The notes under the pieces: generated by a model
The model's database searches: none
What the model saw: the letters and a program-made list of their open reading frames with translations, nothing else
What the model was told of the DNA's origin: nothing
Made by a program: the position numbers and the translations under genes
From: a virus
Taxonomy: Duplodnaviria > Caudoviricetes
DNA: 62,450 nucleotides
Virus record (IMG/VR): IMGVR_UViG_3300042892_000658
Span: 1 to 62,450 of that record
Direction: 5' to 3' (one strand)
Shown: positions 35,506 through 45,027 of the stretch, one piece after another
Layout of the letters: every line of letters starts with the position of its first letter
Position numbering within the stretch: position 1 is the first letter of the stretch

Positions 35506-37388
35506 TTTACAAATACCCCTAATAGTTGTTTTTTACCTCGCATGATATTTCCTGTATCTAAAAATAATTTATACATTGATATCACCGAATTTATATTATA
35601 TCTTTTAGTTTTTTTAAAACTTATCTTATTCATCCCTTGCCATAGTGTTTTTCCTATGTTATTTTTATTAACATAAAGTTTTTGTTCACCAGTGATGATT
35701 TCATAAGGTATGTTGTATTTTTCCTTTATGTATTCTAAAATATCCGATCGAAATCTATTATCAAGAAATACCAAGGCAACAAAATAATATCCACCATAGA
35801 TATTATTATTGTCAATATCAAACGTACAGTCTAATTTAGGATCATTAAGAATTTCCTGCCATCTGTTGTATATCGTTTGATAGTAGTTGCTAGATTTGAA
35901 GAAATTATTAAAAATATCTCGTATAATCACGCCGTGACGACGGCCCGCATGCTTCTGTCTTATCCAATCTAATGTATTACTAAAATAGCCGCCTTGCACA
36001 AATAGATTATATAGACTAGTAGACAACAACATTTCTAAATATTCGTCGGTGGTATAAGTATCACAGCCCACAACTATCTCATGTTGTGCATGAGTCTCCG
36101 GATAACTCCACCCGTTGGTCTTGGCTACTGTTTTTATACCCCATGTTTTCCTATATTCTATTCCATAACTAGGGGCTTCGGGCAGCAAGATCCATTCAAA
36201 CCACTGGACAGATAATCTATAATTGCCAAATACATCTAGCTCATGATAGAATTTATCTAAGGTCATGCCAGGTAATCCCATAATGATTTCTACATACAAA
36301 GGTAATTTAGTATTTTTAGCAATAGGTTCAAATACAGATAATTGCTTTTCAAAGGGAATATTTTTTCGATCGATATTTTTTAATATATCGTTGTCTAACG
36401 TCTGCAGACTTAGTTTGATTTCTTTATTGTGGCTAAGATTATTATGTATGTCTGTTTCTAATATCGATTTAATAGCATCAAGTCTATTTTCAGTTTTAGC
36501 AAATCCACCATAGCCCATCCTAAACGTAGCACGTGATTCTTTTTTGCGTTTAACAATATAGTTGATAATATCTATGTCTCGATCACCAAATATACCAAAA
36601 TTAGCATCGGCTAGATATAGATAGGTAAGATCAAATGTAACCAATGCATCTATATCTTTTTTAACTGAGTCAGGGCTCTTTTGTATCACAGTTGTTCCAA
36701 TGCCGCCACCCCAATCACAGTATGTGCAGCCGTACGGGCAACCGCGGGTAGTTTCAACAATACTTAACAACATAGAGTCGTTGAAGTTGATTTTTTTAAA
36801 CGTTTCAAATTCTTTAAGGGCCGATTGCTGTGCCAAAAATGCACTGTAGTCATAGTGAAATTCTTTACGCTGACTTCGAGTCATAGACTGGTTGCTGGAC
36901 AACATAGCTCTAGATTTACTTGGATATCTGGTATCTGTTAATAATTTCCAATCAACAACACCGCTGTCATAATTGTCTAGTAGTTCTTTGAAAAATACTT
37001 CGCCGTAACAGTCCCCTAGGTGACTAGCATCTAAATAAGGATGTTTCTTAAACCAATCAATATCATGCTTAAGATATTGATGCGGGCCGCCACTAACTAC
37101 TAGGCATTTAGGAAATGTTTCTTTAACCCATGTGGCTATTTCATGTGCCAGGCCAAAATTCCACACATACAAACTAACAGCAAACACATCTGGTTTAGTG
37201 CGTAGTAGTTCGTGTTTAATTTTATTAATATCAGTAGCATCATAGCAGTCAAGATAACACGGATGCCAGATCCATTCATCTTTATGTTTGCCATGCATCT
37301 CATAATAGGTTTTGGCACTGGCCCACAATGCTGGCAACCATATCTCACTGCTAAATCTAGGAAAGTTTGCTATGACAATGGTTTTCAT
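35502..37388 (-). CDS. Cobalamin-binding radical SAM protein
   Basis: SLYVWN and GGPH (B12-binding domain), ETTRGCPYGCTYCDWG, DANFG, IMGLPG. Confidence 0.88.
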   Translation of the reverse strand: MKTIVIANFPRFSSEIWLPALWASAKTYYEMHGKHKDEWIWHPCYLDCYDATDINKIKHELLRTKPDVFAVSLYVWNFGLAHEIATWVKETFPKCLVVSGGPHQYLKHDIDWFKKHPYLDASHLGDCYGEVFFKELLDNYDSGVVDWKLLTDTRYPSKSRAMLSSNQSMTRSQRKEFHYDYSAFLAQQSALKEFETFKKINFNDSMLLSIVETTRGCPYGCTYCDWGGGIGTTVIQKSPDSVKKDIDALVTFDLTYLYLADANFGIFGDRDIDIINYIVKRKKESRATFRMGYGGFAKTENRLDAIKSILETDIHNNLSHNKEIKLSLQTLDNDILKNIDRKNIPFEKQLSVFEPIAKNTKLPLYVEIIMGLPGMTLDKFYHELDVFGNYRLSVQWFEWILLPEAPSYGIEYRKTWGIKTVAKTNGWSYPETHAQHEIVVGCDTYTTDEYLEMLLSTSLYNLFVQGGYFSNTLDWIRQKHAGRRHGVIIRDIFNNFFKSSNYYQTIYNRWQEILNDPKLDCTFDIDNNNIYGGYYFVALVFLDNRFRSDILEYIKEKYNIPYEIITGEQKLYVNKNNIGKTLWQGMNKISFKKTKRYNINSVISMYKLFLDTGNIMRGKKQLLGVFVK

Positions 37389-38239
37389 TTAGCCATTCCT
37401 AATTTTAGCAATTTAATTATATAACCACCAAGATCTATTTCAAACCAACGATAACTATGGCTTTGTTGCTGTATCCAACGATGTGTGTGATGATTGTTGT
37501 GCAACAACGAACTAAAAAGGCCGCATCCTAACAAATAATGCGTTATCAATCTATTGTTGCTGTTATTGGGGACATCTTCATTTCTATACCCTAACAATTT
37601 ACTGTGCCCTAAACTAGTAGTAAGGAACGTAATTATACTAATGATGATACGGCCCATAAACACAATTTTAAACAATACCACCGGCATTACTAACCATAAC
37701 ACAAGCCAATATAATAATGTTAACGGTATTTTAAATTCTTCACAGAAAAACGTCCAGTTGTCTTCTAATATATCTTTATGTATAATAGATTGTCTTGTCA
37801 CATAAGTGTCTCTATTAGAATAGTCTGTTAGAGTTTGATATAAAAACATAATAGGACTCAGACTACAAACCGTATACCAATGTAGAGGAAAGTACAAATT
37901 ATCTCTGCCGGATTGATCTGTTTGACTGTGATGATTTCCGTGATTAATACAGATATTGGTTAACGGTCCGTTGGCATGATCAACTGTGATTAGGAATGTT
38001 AATATTTTGTAGGTTAAACTTTTTGTATTAATCTTAAATAAGTAGTGTGAACAAATAAGATGACCGAATAACTCATTGATTGTAACGGTATAAAATGTCG
38101 CAAGGACATACCAATACCATTCAGTATTAATATGTTTCAAAGTTACTGCTAGTTCGTTAACACCAGCGACCCAAGCCACTGATGTTAAGACAAACAGTAT
38201 AACATTGCTAGGATTAAGCGTGAACATACTTTTTAGCAA
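37385..38239 (-). CDS. Membrane fatty-acid desaturase (delta-9-like)
   Basis: Three His boxes HLICSH, HGNHH and HNNHH; WFEIDLG; hydrophobic segments. Confidence 0.8.
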   Translation of the reverse strand: MLKSMFTLNPSNVILFVLTSVAWVAGVNELAVTLKHINTEWYWYVLATFYTVTINELFGHLICSHYLFKINTKSLTYKILTFLITVDHANGPLTNICINHGNHHSQTDQSGRDNLYFPLHWYTVCSLSPIMFLYQTLTDYSNRDTYVTRQSIIHKDILEDNWTFFCEEFKIPLTLLYWLVLWLVMPVVLFKIVFMGRIIISIITFLTTSLGHSKLLGYRNEDVPNNSNNRLITHYLLGCGLFSSLLHNNHHTHRWIQQQSHSYRWFEIDLGGYIIKLLKLGMAK

Positions 38240-39329
38240 ATGCTTTAAAATACCCTAATAAATCACGAGGGGGGAGTTTAAAGTTTTTAATGCCAGCAAT
38301 CTTAACGATATGGCGTATTTCGTTAGCGTACTCGTTGGCATAGGGTTGCTGTAGGTATGGCTGGTATGCACCATCTTGAAGATTGGTATAATCATGAGCA
38401 ATACGATAACATAGTCGACCTTCAATATTGCCCAATCTGCGATGTAGGGTGATTGAATTGTCAAACAACATTAAATCATTATTGTTCTTATACCAATGGT
38501 CATACATATATTTTTCAACAAATAGTTCTTTATTGATACGTTTAAATACCTTATCGCTTTCTTTCTTAGTAAGGCCTTTGATACTGTAAGCAGTATTGAT
38601 ACTATAATGCAATCCTGTAATACCGCCTGGGCTACGGATAACCATTGGGATTTCTCTGTCCTCTTCTGGACACATGTTGGCGTGCATGATAGCATCTTGT
38701 TCTTTATTCAATCCGGGATTAATTTTACCAGGAGTAAAGCGATGCAAGATAATCATGTCATCTAGCTCTCTACGGAAACTATCATTTACATTTTCATAAT
38801 AGTCTGGTGTTGTGACAAATCCCGTAGCACTACCAACAACATTTTGTTGTGCAAACAATGCAACACCCGGAGTCCAAGTTAAGGTACCGCTTTCGTTGCT
38901 GTGCCACAATAGTTCGCCTTCGGCGAACAGTCCTTTAGGATTACCGTCTTCATCATAGCCGCCAGTCACACGACTAACATCATAACCGCTGGCTGTGCGT
39001 TCTTGTGTTTTAAACAATGATCGAATCGCCACTGCATCTTCTGCATCTAAATAGTCAGCACTTTCTTGTGCATCATTGACAATGATAGGCCAAGGTCTAT
39101 CATATTTTTTAACTAGATAGTTTTTAAGACCGTACCGTGTTTCGCCAAATTTAAGAACACGATCTACAAAGTGGTCTTTAGTTAAATTGGTATTACGAAT
39201 AACAGTAACAAGTCCCTGCATATGAATCTTGCCTATTTCTAACCATTCATCATCTGACAAATGATTAAAATCTACATCATCGACGTAAGTGCCAAATCGG
39301 CCAAGACCAGGAATCTTTGATAATTTCAT
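38214..39329 (-). CDS. TauD/TfdA-family Fe(II)/2-oxoglutarate dioxygenase
   Basis: WHSNE, T.F, PMVIRSP, Y.HW...DLMLFDN..TLHRR, R...R. Confidence 0.8.
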   Translation of the reverse strand: MKLSKIPGLGRFGTYVDDVDFNHLSDDEWLEIGKIHMQGLVTVIRNTNLTKDHFVDRVLKFGETRYGLKNYLVKKYDRPWPIIVNDAQESADYLDAEDAVAIRSLFKTQERTASGYDVSRVTGGYDEDGNPKGLFAEGELLWHSNESGTLTWTPGVALFAQQNVVGSATGFVTTPDYYENVNDSFRRELDDMIILHRFTPGKINPGLNKEQDAIMHANMCPEEDREIPMVIRSPGGITGLHYSINTAYSIKGLTKKESDKVFKRINKELFVEKYMYDHWYKNNNDLMLFDNSITLHRRLGNIEGRLCYRIAHDYTNLQDGAYQPYLQQPYANEYANEIRHIVKIAGIKNFKLPPRDLLGYFKAFAKKYVHA

Positions 39330-39400
39330 AGAAAATTCTCCTCAATATTTTAATAGTATAACAGATTTATTTTAATATTGCTAGTGAAGAATTTCACATA

Positions 39401-39475
39401 CGACATAGAGGGCCCATTTCGAAGGTCATCTACTCGACGTCAACACTGAAGGTTGGCGTTGCATTAATATTTATA
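39401..39475 (-). promoter_or_regulatory. Perfect late promoter followed by a two-hairpin structured leader
   Basis: TATAAATA at 39468-39475; imperfect hairpins at 39437-39459 and 39401-39436, GC-richer than their flanks. Confidence 0.45.
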
Positions 39476-39477
39476 CG

Positions 39478-40173
39478 TTAGCGTTGTTTAGTGAAAATAT
39501 ATAGAACCAACCCACCATTTTCACTATTAAACCAAGCTAAAAAGTCTACAAATTTGTTAGAAATGCTAGGGTTCGCTGATTGAAATTCTAAGTCACTACA
39601 CATGTTGCGTACTTGCTTATTACTAAAACTTAACTCAAATGGATTATTCTCTTGATCTTGATACAACGTATCACAATTGTAGTTAATGTTAAAGAACCTT
39701 TTGAGTATTTTACCGTTTGGGTTATACAGTGCCAACAGTAACTTTCCACCAGGTTTAAGTAACTGTTTAATTTTAGCCAAGGCTTTTTCATATTGTGGAA
39801 TATGGTGTAACACTCCGCAACAGATAATTACATCATATTTCTTGCTAGTTTTAAAATTTAAAAAATCTGTTTTAACCCATTTAACATTATTGATTCCGTT
39901 AGTTGTAGCAAAGTTACTAGCATAATCAATGCTATCACTAAAGTCAACTGCGGTGAATCTACTATTCTTGTATTTGTCAGCGAACAGATTCGATACTAAT
40001 CCTGTCCCACAACCAACATCTAATACATCCATATTATCATTTAACATTAGATCGATCTCACGTAAATAGATATTGTGTATGCCTTGTTCTTCATAGAACT
40101 TCAAATCTTCCAAACTATAGCGGCCGGGAAAATGTAGATTACTATAAAATTGTTTAATTTGTTCAGTGATCAT
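39478..40173 (-). CDS. Class I SAM-dependent methyltransferase
   Basis: VLDVGCGTG, AVDFS, YDVIICCGVLHH, LKPGG. Confidence 0.9.
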   Translation of the reverse strand: MITEQIKQFYSNLHFPGRYSLEDLKFYEEQGIHNIYLREIDLMLNDNMDVLDVGCGTGLVSNLFADKYKNSRFTAVDFSDSIDYASNFATTNGINNVKWVKTDFLNFKTSKKYDVIICCGVLHHIPQYEKALAKIKQLLKPGGKLLLALYNPNGKILKRFFNINYNCDTLYQDQENNPFELSFSNKQVRNMCSDLEFQSANPSISNKFVDFLAWFNSENGGLVLYIFTKQR

Positions 40174-41084
40174 CTAAGACTTTCTAGTAATTCTTTATAT
40201 TTTGCTGATAACAGATCTTCTGTTGAATCAATAATAAAATCGTTAGGTGAAAATTCTGGTATTGGCATATTAATGGTTTCTTGGGATATCTTTTTAGCAA
40301 GTTCTCTATGCTTACCTAATTTAGGATTTTGATTTAAAATTAGTTCTAAGGCATAGTCATGATGTGCTAGACTGTTAGGATGATGATCTGTTTCATGCTT
40401 TAATACAACATATTCTTTATTGTTAATAAAGTATTCCCAAATACCAGAAAACTCCTTGGGATTAAATGGATTTTTTGGCGGATTAATAAATTTTGTCCAG
40501 TCTATTAAATTTATTAGATTTTTTATAGGCGACAACTCTGTTATTTGTTTAATTGTTTGTATTTCACCAGCAGAGATATCATCTTTTTCTTGATAGACAG
40601 TTTTATATCTAGGATAAAATTTAGGTCTCCCATCTGCCCATATATTTTTAGAAGAATGCATAGTATATGAGCATCCTATTTTTTCTAACAACAACTGAGT
40701 CTGATAAATGATCTGCAACTGATCAACTATCATGTTTGTAAAACTCGAGTACAGGTCTGGGTGTGTTCTGTATAATCCCATGTATGGATTATCCTTGCTA
40801 AACCAAATTTTTCCCTCTGTGGCAGGGAAAAATCCTGCTACTTGTTTGTTTTTGACCCATTCTTCGTCGTACCATAAACCAATTCGATGATTCTCGGCCC
40901 ACATAATATTAATATGATCTTTTTCTGTAAATGAATTTATTTTATCAAGCAAGATCCAATAGATATTTTGATTACCGTATCCTTTATTAGCCAAATTTGT
41001 CACAGGTTGATCGTAGACTTGTAGCCAATCAGCCCACGTAGGCCAATACCATTTAGTCATACTACACCCAAGTGTATAAATCAT
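40170..41084 (-). CDS. SGNH-like hypothetical protein
   Basis: GCSMT, NLANKGYGN, C-terminal DHHP..H. Confidence 0.55.
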   Translation of the reverse strand: MIYTLGCSMTKWYWPTWADWLQVYDQPVTNLANKGYGNQNIYWILLDKINSFTEKDHINIMWAENHRIGLWYDEEWVKNKQVAGFFPATEGKIWFSKDNPYMGLYRTHPDLYSSFTNMIVDQLQIIYQTQLLLEKIGCSYTMHSSKNIWADGRPKFYPRYKTVYQEKDDISAGEIQTIKQITELSPIKNLINLIDWTKFINPPKNPFNPKEFSGIWEYFINNKEYVVLKHETDHHPNSLAHHDYALELILNQNPKLGKHRELAKKISQETINMPIPEFSPNDFIIDSTEDLLSAKYKELLESLR

Positions 41085-41087
41085 TGA

Positions 41088-41285
41088 TTAGTCCTTGGGG
41101 GCTTCTCTATTAGGTTTTTGTGCCATTGCTGGATCACTAAATTTGCGACCTTTGTTGGCTACATACGTTGATTGAGCATCAATCATTGCTCGTTTAAAAA
41201 TGCCACGTGCTACAGGATCAATGATATTAGCAAGTTTAATCTTATTCATCTTGCCAAATTTAAATGTTGAGTTTGTTTTTGCCAT
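41088..41285 (-). CDS. Small basic hypothetical protein
   Basis: 65 aa; AGGAG SD. Confidence 0.65.
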   Translation of the reverse strand: MAKTNSTFKFGKMNKIKLANIIDPVARGIFKRAMIDAQSTYVANKGRKFSDPAMAQKPNREAPKD

Positions 41286-41294
41286 GCTGTTCTC

Positions 41295-41540
41295 CTATCG
41301 AATTTTATCTAAATATTCTTTACCAATTGTACCAGTAGCGATCTCATACAATGCTGTTACGTTGGATTTATTTTCATATGTTATTTTAACTCCGTTGCGT
41401 TCTTGGAATGTGCGTTGAGTAGCAATTTCTCTAGAACGTGTTGCTGCCGCTAAAATTAATTTAAATTGATTATTGTCAAATACTGCTAACGCATCATCAA
41501 TGTTATAAACTTCTATGGAACTTTTTACTCGTGCTTTCAT
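41295..41540 (-). CDS. rpoZ: RNA polymerase omega subunit-like protein
   Basis: NQFKLILAAATRSREI (compare NRFxLVLxAAxRARQ) and K.NVTALYEIATG (compare KxTVxALxEI). Confidence 0.75.
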   Translation of the reverse strand: MKARVKSSIEVYNIDDALAVFDNNQFKLILAAATRSREIATQRTFQERNGVKITYENKSNVTALYEIATGTIGKEYLDKIR

Positions 41541-41571
41541 AATAAATCCTATATAGGTGGGTAGTTGTTTT

Positions 41572-41600
41572 AGTATACACTAACTGTTAGATTTAGTCAA
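41572..41600 (-). promoter_or_regulatory. Sigma70 promoter for the rpoZ-like gene
   Basis: TTGACT-17-TATACT. Confidence 0.7.
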
Positions 41601-42395
41601 GTCTTTTATGTGTTTAATTACAGTATTGGCGCTTTTAATATTCATGTATTTTAACGGCTGTGTCAGAAACTTCATTGATTGATTCTGTGTCCAATCGTAT
41701 GCATAGAATTCCTGCCAAGTGTCTATATGTGGTTGTAGATGCATTTGACTTAATGCCCAATTATCTGTTTTTGCTGTTATATACATACCGAGCAATTCGT
41801 ACTCACTTAGCCACTTGTTATGATCGAACGGTCTGGCTCGTTCTATAGCCTGCAGCCAAGTACATTGATTACGTTCTTCTAATAGTTGTTTTAAATCTTT
41901 CCAGTAAGCTCGAGTAAATGGCATCAGCTCATTTACCAAACTATATTTGACTGTTTGAGCTAATCCGGTTATTTGTGTGATCATTTCTACATATATTTTT
42001 TGATAAGGATTCCACAAGTTCTCAGCTCGCAATATTAGTTTATTGTCTTCGAGCCAAGTAAATGGTTTTAGCAGTACTTGGTCGCAGTCTTGTATTAGAT
42101 AATAGTCGCTGTCAAAGTGATCTATAGCACAAAGTTTTAAGGCCTGTTGATAAAACCAATGATCGTGCTTCCACGCAGATAAATCATAGTAATCTTCAAA
42201 ATAAAGATCGTCGAGTAATGTGTAAGTAGAAGTGTTCAATCCGTATTCTGCAAACACACTGTCTATTTTATGTTGGGGATAGGGACTGATGATATAAGTT
42301 ACATCGGGTTTAGGATTTATATAGTTGTCAAACGTCAGAGTAACAGCAGCTTCATTAATCCTACTAGGACCAATAAGTAAAATGCGTGTTATCAT
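41580..42395 (-). CDS. GT-A-like hypothetical protein (DUF6492-like)
   Basis: WFYQQALKL, IQDCD (DxD), SEYELLG. Confidence 0.55.
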   Translation of the reverse strand: MITRILLIGPSRINEAAVTLTFDNYINPKPDVTYIISPYPQHKIDSVFAEYGLNTSTYTLLDDLYFEDYYDLSAWKHDHWFYQQALKLCAIDHFDSDYYLIQDCDQVLLKPFTWLEDNKLILRAENLWNPYQKIYVEMITQITGLAQTVKYSLVNELMPFTRAYWKDLKQLLEERNQCTWLQAIERARPFDHNKWLSEYELLGMYITAKTDNWALSQMHLQPHIDTWQEFYAYDWTQNQSMKFLTQPLKYMNIKSANTVIKHIKDLTKSNS

Positions 42396-42396
42396 C

Positions 42397-42867
42397 TTAT
42401 TCCGTTGGATGTGCTGGTACTAAATCTGCCAGGCCCCAAGTAATACTCATGCCAGGGCTTATGTCGGGTACTGAGCACCATCCATTGAATTTAGGATCAT
42501 CTATGTGCGGATTGGTGATAGTTACGTTCGGCTGTCCGCCAAATCGTAACGGTTTGACTTTAGCAGCCTGTTGCCAATTTAGATTAATCTGCTGACCATC
42601 TAAATAGAATTCAACAGTATATGTTTGGATTGGGCCAATTGATTCCGGGTGGTTAAGCACTGTTAATGTTAGATGGGTTGTACCGTCCCAAGTATCTGTC
42701 ACTACTTCAATTTTGTTTGGATCTACCAGATTAGGATCGCTATTAAACGGTGCTGTTACTTCTGCTCGCTCAACTATTTTATCTGCGCCTAATGATATGT
42801 CCACCCAGGCATTACCTGTTAGCGGACTACCTTTACTTACATTAACTACTACTTTGAGTTCTGACAT
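42397..42867 (-). CDS. Hypothetical beta-rich protein
   Basis: 156 aa ORF in operon. Confidence 0.6.
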   Translation of the reverse strand: MSELKVVVNVSKGSPLTGNAWVDISLGADKIVERAEVTAPFNSDPNLVDPNKIEVVTDTWDGTTHLTLTVLNHPESIGPIQTYTVEFYLDGQQINLNWQQAAKVKPLRFGGQPNVTITNPHIDDPKFNGWCSVPDISPGMSITWGLADLVPAHPTE

Positions 42868-42880
42868 AATTGAATACCTT

Positions 42881-44242
42881 TTATTTAAAGAAAAATGCTA
42901 GTTTACCACCAATACGCGAGCTATAGTAATTCTTGCCGCCATCCATCATAATATGACCTTCAAAATTTGGAGGATACACTGCGGTAAATCCTTGCAAGAC
43001 TGCATCTTCACCTTTCTTGGCCATCTTAGTATATATCTGTACAATACTAGATTGGTTTAATAATGCAAGTGCGCCTTGACTAAATTCTTCGTTCATATTT
43101 ACTGCATTGGCTACAGTTTTGGCGGCGGCAGCCATAATTGCATAACCTGTATTAAATCCTACTACGTTAGGTTTAACTGTGTATGGTTCCAATATTGTGC
43201 GAGCATTTTTAGTTATACCATCAAACGTTGTTTTTCCTGTTTTAATATATAACGTTACTTCGTCAAATAACTCATTAGTAATACCAGGAACACCCAATGC
43301 TATACCTAATTCAAATGGTCCTGTTAATGCTGAATTTTCTGCAATAATAGTTACTACGTCAATGGCGAATTTAGCTGTGTTTATTAACTCAGTATTACCT
43401 TCACGTTCTGCTTTTTTGTAAGCATCGTGTAGATTTTTAGCACTAGCTTTGGCCCCGCTACCACCTTTACTACTAATGCCAATTTGTTGTCCATTTGGAG
43501 CAGTTAAGAAACTGTCGCATAAGGCGGCATTCATTGCCATTGGAAATTGTACTTTACATTTGCTCCACGGTGCACCATCAGCTAGTGCCAGGCGTGCCTC
43601 GTCTGCTTGTCCGCCCACTACACCACCAGCAAGTGCTACAGGTTGCATAATCTCGCCAAAGTAATCACGGATAGCTTCCATTTGTGGTGCCATACCTGGG
43701 AATATAATGGCGCCTTGGCCTTGTGCTAGTGCAGTAAGATTTTGTGTGAATATTTCTTTAACAGGATCAGGACTGTTTGCTGTTACTGTTTGAATAAGCT
43801 GTCCCACGTCATTAAATACGTTTTCCGTTTTAATAAGATTTTGTGGGTCATAACCTGCTTGTAATTTTTTGGCACCTTTAGTTGCTAATTTCCAACCGGG
43901 GGGAATTTGATTGTTATTCCAAATTCCTAACATATTATGTTTAGTTTGTTGTAGATACCTGCCCCAATACACGCGACCGCCATCTTCGTCGTCGAGCTCT
44001 GCTACAGCAAATGCGCCGCCGCCTGGATTATTAGTCCACTCAATCTTAGCGTTGGCTTCTTGCTCAAATTGTGCAATTGCTTGATCTCGTTCTTGTGGGG
44101 TGGCAAACTTTGCTTGCTCTGGGTCGGGATATGATATAGCTGTTACAAAATTAAATGTTTTACCATCCTGATTTGCAAAGGAATCGCCAGGAAGGCGACC
44201 AAATATACCCTTAGCTTCTGTTACTAAATCATAAAATCTCAT
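42881..44242 (-). CDS. Hypothetical late protein, possibly virion-internal
   Basis: GATAAATA at 44264-44271; short N-terminus ending in VTE, like protease-processed head proteins; D..(x12)..ISSK nuclease-like motif. Confidence 0.55.
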   Translation of the reverse strand: MRFYDLVTEAKGIFGRLPGDSFANQDGKTFNFVTAISYPDPEQAKFATPQERDQAIAQFEQEANAKIEWTNNPGGGAFAVAELDDEDGGRVYWGRYLQQTKHNMLGIWNNNQIPPGWKLATKGAKKLQAGYDPQNLIKTENVFNDVGQLIQTVTANSPDPVKEIFTQNLTALAQGQGAIIFPGMAPQMEAIRDYFGEIMQPVALAGGVVGGQADEARLALADGAPWSKCKVQFPMAMNAALCDSFLTAPNGQQIGISSKGGSGAKASAKNLHDAYKKAEREGNTELINTAKFAIDVVTIIAENSALTGPFELGIALGVPGITNELFDEVTLYIKTGKTTFDGITKNARTILEPYTVKPNVVGFNTGYAIMAAAAKTVANAVNMNEEFSQGALALLNQSSIVQIYTKMAKKGEDAVLQGFTAVYPPNFEGHIMMDGGKNYYSSRIGGKLAFFFK

Positions 44243-44244
44243 AT

Positions 44245-45027
44245 CTACACCTTATTATTAGTGTATTTATCCTGACGTTCAATGTCATCCTCCGAACAAC
44301 GTGCGCCGTATTGTATTTCCACAATGCGACATGGTTGATCGTATGGATTGTGTAGTTGGTGCCACGATTCTAAACACACATGTAATCGTTGATGTCTAAC
44401 TAATCGTTGTTCAATTAATTGGCCAGAGACCCGCTCAAATTGGCGCACTGCACACTTGCCCTCTGTAATTAACCAATCTTCAGTACGATACAAGTGCCGT
44501 TGCATTGATAAGCTCTGACCAGGGTCAATGGTTAATTCCTTTACTTTTGTGCCAGAAACGTCATGTAATACACGATAATATCCCCAAGGACGAACGATTT
44601 TAGGCGCTTTCCACTCCTCTAATATCCAACTGCTACTGTTGAGTTTATTTTGGCCACCTACACCAAACACGAACTCTACATCTTTGACTTTCATTTCTGG
44701 AATATTTTTAGCAGTGCGGTCGCCGCCGTTGGCAAATACTATTTGACTATTAGGGTACATCATTCTAACGTTGTTGATTGCTTCAATCGCAGTATCGTCG
44801 TTGTCGTCAAAGAGGATACAATGATCTATCATCTTTAGGTTCTGTATAATATTGATACGTTCTGTGCTGGGCATAAACGCACGGCCTTTCTTGCGTTCTA
44901 ACCAACTATCACTGTTAACCCCAACAACAAGTATATTACCTAATGCTTCAGCGGCTTTAAAGTATTCTATATGGCCGCTGTGTAACGGGTCAAATCCGCC
45001 CGTTACTAATACAACACGATTAATCAT
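44245..45027 (-). CDS. Cytidylyltransferase-like (HxGH) domain fused to an MPI-type cupin
   Basis: TGGFDPLHSGH, FANGGDR, NSSS; then RPWG.Y, SLSMQRH, WHQL.N, IVEIQYG..C.EDDIER. Confidence 0.85.
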   Translation of the reverse strand: MINRVVLVTGGFDPLHSGHIEYFKAAEALGNILVVGVNSDSWLERKKGRAFMPSTERINIIQNLKMIDHCILFDDNDDTAIEAINNVRMMYPNSQIVFANGGDRTAKNIPEMKVKDVEFVFGVGGQNKLNSSSWILEEWKAPKIVRPWGYYRVLHDVSGTKVKELTIDPGQSLSMQRHLYRTEDWLITEGKCAVRQFERVSGQLIEQRLVRHQRLHVCLESWHQLHNPYDQPCRIVEIQYGARCSEDDIERQDKYTNNKV

